A stretch of DNA of 64,000 bases, taken from assembly GCA_051294905.1 (NCBI GenBank), contig CM119383.1, forward strand, positions 11,160,001 through 11,224,000, read 5' to 3'. Below are positions 61,952-64,000 of the stretch, one piece after another. Position 1 is the first letter of the stretch, and each line of letters opens with the position of its first letter. The DNA is from Botryllus schlosseri. Lineage: Eukaryota. Made by a program: the position numbers and the translations under genes. The notes under the pieces were generated by a model. The model saw nothing but the letters and a program-made list of their open reading frames with translations. It had not been told where the DNA came from and ran no database searches.

Positions 61952-63636
61952 TAGGGTTGTCCAAAATTTGGGAAATCTTACAAATCCTCCGTTGTAATAT
62001 CTTATTCTATAGATTATTGATAAAAAACGACACTGGGCCTAAAAGAAGCTCACAGGAAGGCCGTTAAGATTTCGTGCAAAGCGTTTGAAAGTAGCTGCCA
62101 AAGAATGGGCGTGCCACCGACCATCGAACGGCGAGAAGAGTAGTAATCACGAAACCACGGCTCTTGATTGGCTGATCGGCTATGCTTCAATGACCACGGC
62201 AGCAGCAGCTTGCTGGTTATGTGATCAAGGAGTCTGCTACCGGCGGCGATTCTGAAAGCGCATTGTATGGAGGTTGACAGTTAATGATTTAGGATTGATT
62301 CAGGGTATGTTGAGGTACGAAATACATGATGAACAAACAACAGCTGCTTCACAAAAATGTCTAAAGCATGACCGGTTTAATGTGAGGGACACCGACGTAG
62401 CCTATATGCCTTGTTTTCAACGAGGGAAAGCATAGGCGCTTATACAAGTGGCGACGGATTCCAAGTTTCAGAAAGGATCTATCATTATTGAATACAAATA
62501 TAAAACTTAACAATGACACTACTTTGTCTGTGTGATCTTATTGGGCTCAGGTTGTAGTACATAGTTGAAGTTTTGAAAGCTCTAAGGATCGGCTGAATCA
62601 GCGGGTTATGCTTGGCACTTATCAGATGCTTACATCAAATTGTATTCACTTGCAAGTCTTGTCAAAGTCCTTAATGCTGACGCAGAAAAGGGGTGTAAAA
62701 GTAAGCACATACTATGCTTGATATGATATGTCAAAGTCCTTAATAATCGTGCAGAAACGGAGTGTAAAGGTAAGCACAGACAATGATGCATAGTGCACAG
62801 TATCCAGCATAGTTTGTATATCATATCAAGCATAGTCTGTGCTTACATTTACACCTCGTTTCCGCGGCATCATTAGGGACTTTGAAAACACTTACAAGTG
62901 AATTCAATTTGCTGTAAACATCTGATAAGTGCCAAGCTTAACTGTCTGATTCAGCCGATCCCTAGAGCATTCAAAACTGCAACTATGTACTACAACCTGA
63001 GCCCAATAAGATCACACAAATTATATTGTCATTGTTAAGCTTTATATTTGTATTCAATAATGATATATCCTTTCTGAAACCAGGAATCCGTCGCCACTTG
63101 GATAAACGCCAATGCTCTCCCTCGTTGAAAACAAGGCATATAGGCTACGGCGGTGTCCTTCACATTAAAGCGGTCATGCTTTAGAGTCTAAAGAATCTAG
63201 AAGAATCTAGAAGAATCTAAAGTTTAGACGTTTTTGTGAAGCAGCTGTTGTTTGTTCATCATGTATTTCGTACCTCAACATACCCTGAATCAATTCTAAA
63301 TCATTAACTGTCAACCTACATATAATGCGCTTTCAAAATCGCCGCCGGTAGCAGACTCCTTGATCACATAATCAGCAAGCTGCTGCTGCCGTGGTCATTG
63401 AAGTATAGCCGATCAGCCAATCAAGAGCCGTGGTTTCGTGATTACTAGTCTTCTCGCCGTTCGATGGTCGGTGGCACGCCCATTCTTTGGCAGCTACTTT
63501 CAAACGCTTTGCACGAAATCTTAACGGCCTTCCTGTGAGCTTCTTTTAGGCTCAGTGTCGTTTTTTATCAATAATCTATAGAATAAGACATTACAACGGG
63601 GGATTTGTAAGATTTTCCAAATTTTGGACAACCCTA
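61952..63636. mobile_element. 1685-bp foldback element with ~780-820-bp inverted arms and perfect 8-bp TSD AGCGGCAC
   Basis: TAGGGTTGTCCAAAATTTGG ... CCAAATTTTGGACAACCCTA; arms are complementary from the termini to ~62730/62815; TSD at 61944-61951 and 63637-63644. Confidence 0.9.
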
Positions 63637-64000
63637 AGCGGCACGCCTGTTCAGTAGGCTACATGCTGCAAATGTCAAATGATAAGATCACCGACAGTGC
63701 AAATGTCTATGTTACAAACGAAATGCATGTTGCAAAAAAATGTTGACCTTGTGAACAATTTTGACATTTTTTTACTTATCTTGTCAAAAAAATCACCCTA
63801 GTAATAACTAATAGGGTCCATCAAACCACTAGGTGTCGCCAGACTTTAGGTGGTAACCGCCGTTGTTACGTACGCGGTTGCCGTTATCAGAAACCTCTAG
63901 GTTACTTTCTCGATTGTTTAAGCCTTAAACAAAACTTAAACAAACTTTAACAAACTTTAAGGGTATTTTATATGGAAATAATGGCTACAACATATTCCAC

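Overview
Eukaryotic (animal) genomic DNA, probably a tunicate or other invertebrate deuterostome. That placement is inferred from the gene content, the many 58-71 nt introns and the dense hAT-type MITEs; it is not provable here. Every gene I can support is on the minus strand. In transcription order: (1) the 3' part of MED12 (32 exons reconstructed, 37787-61287, 5' part off the right edge, one GC-AG intron); (2) a tandem family of 4-exon, ~275-aa four-transmembrane proteins I cannot assign to a known family (intact 34121-35631, pseudogene 31117-32288, divergent intact 23991-25125); (3) an intronless ADGRA/GPR124-125-type adhesion GPCR (15581-19963); (4) an intronless hinderin/KIAA1328 (13015-14286); (5) a giant exon of at least 9.78 kb encoding an acidic, repeat-rich, probably disordered protein that runs off the left edge. 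Non-coding DNA is full of hAT-type non-autonomous elements with 8-bp TSDs. These include a nested transposon stack (25.9-28.0 kb), four reciprocal filled/empty insertion sites across a ~2.5-kb tandem duplication, and a 1.7-kb foldback inside a MED12 intron. No CRISPR, rRNA or intact tRNA gene was found. The best novelty candidates are the 4TM family, the giant exon and a possible operon-like ADGRA-hinderin junction.
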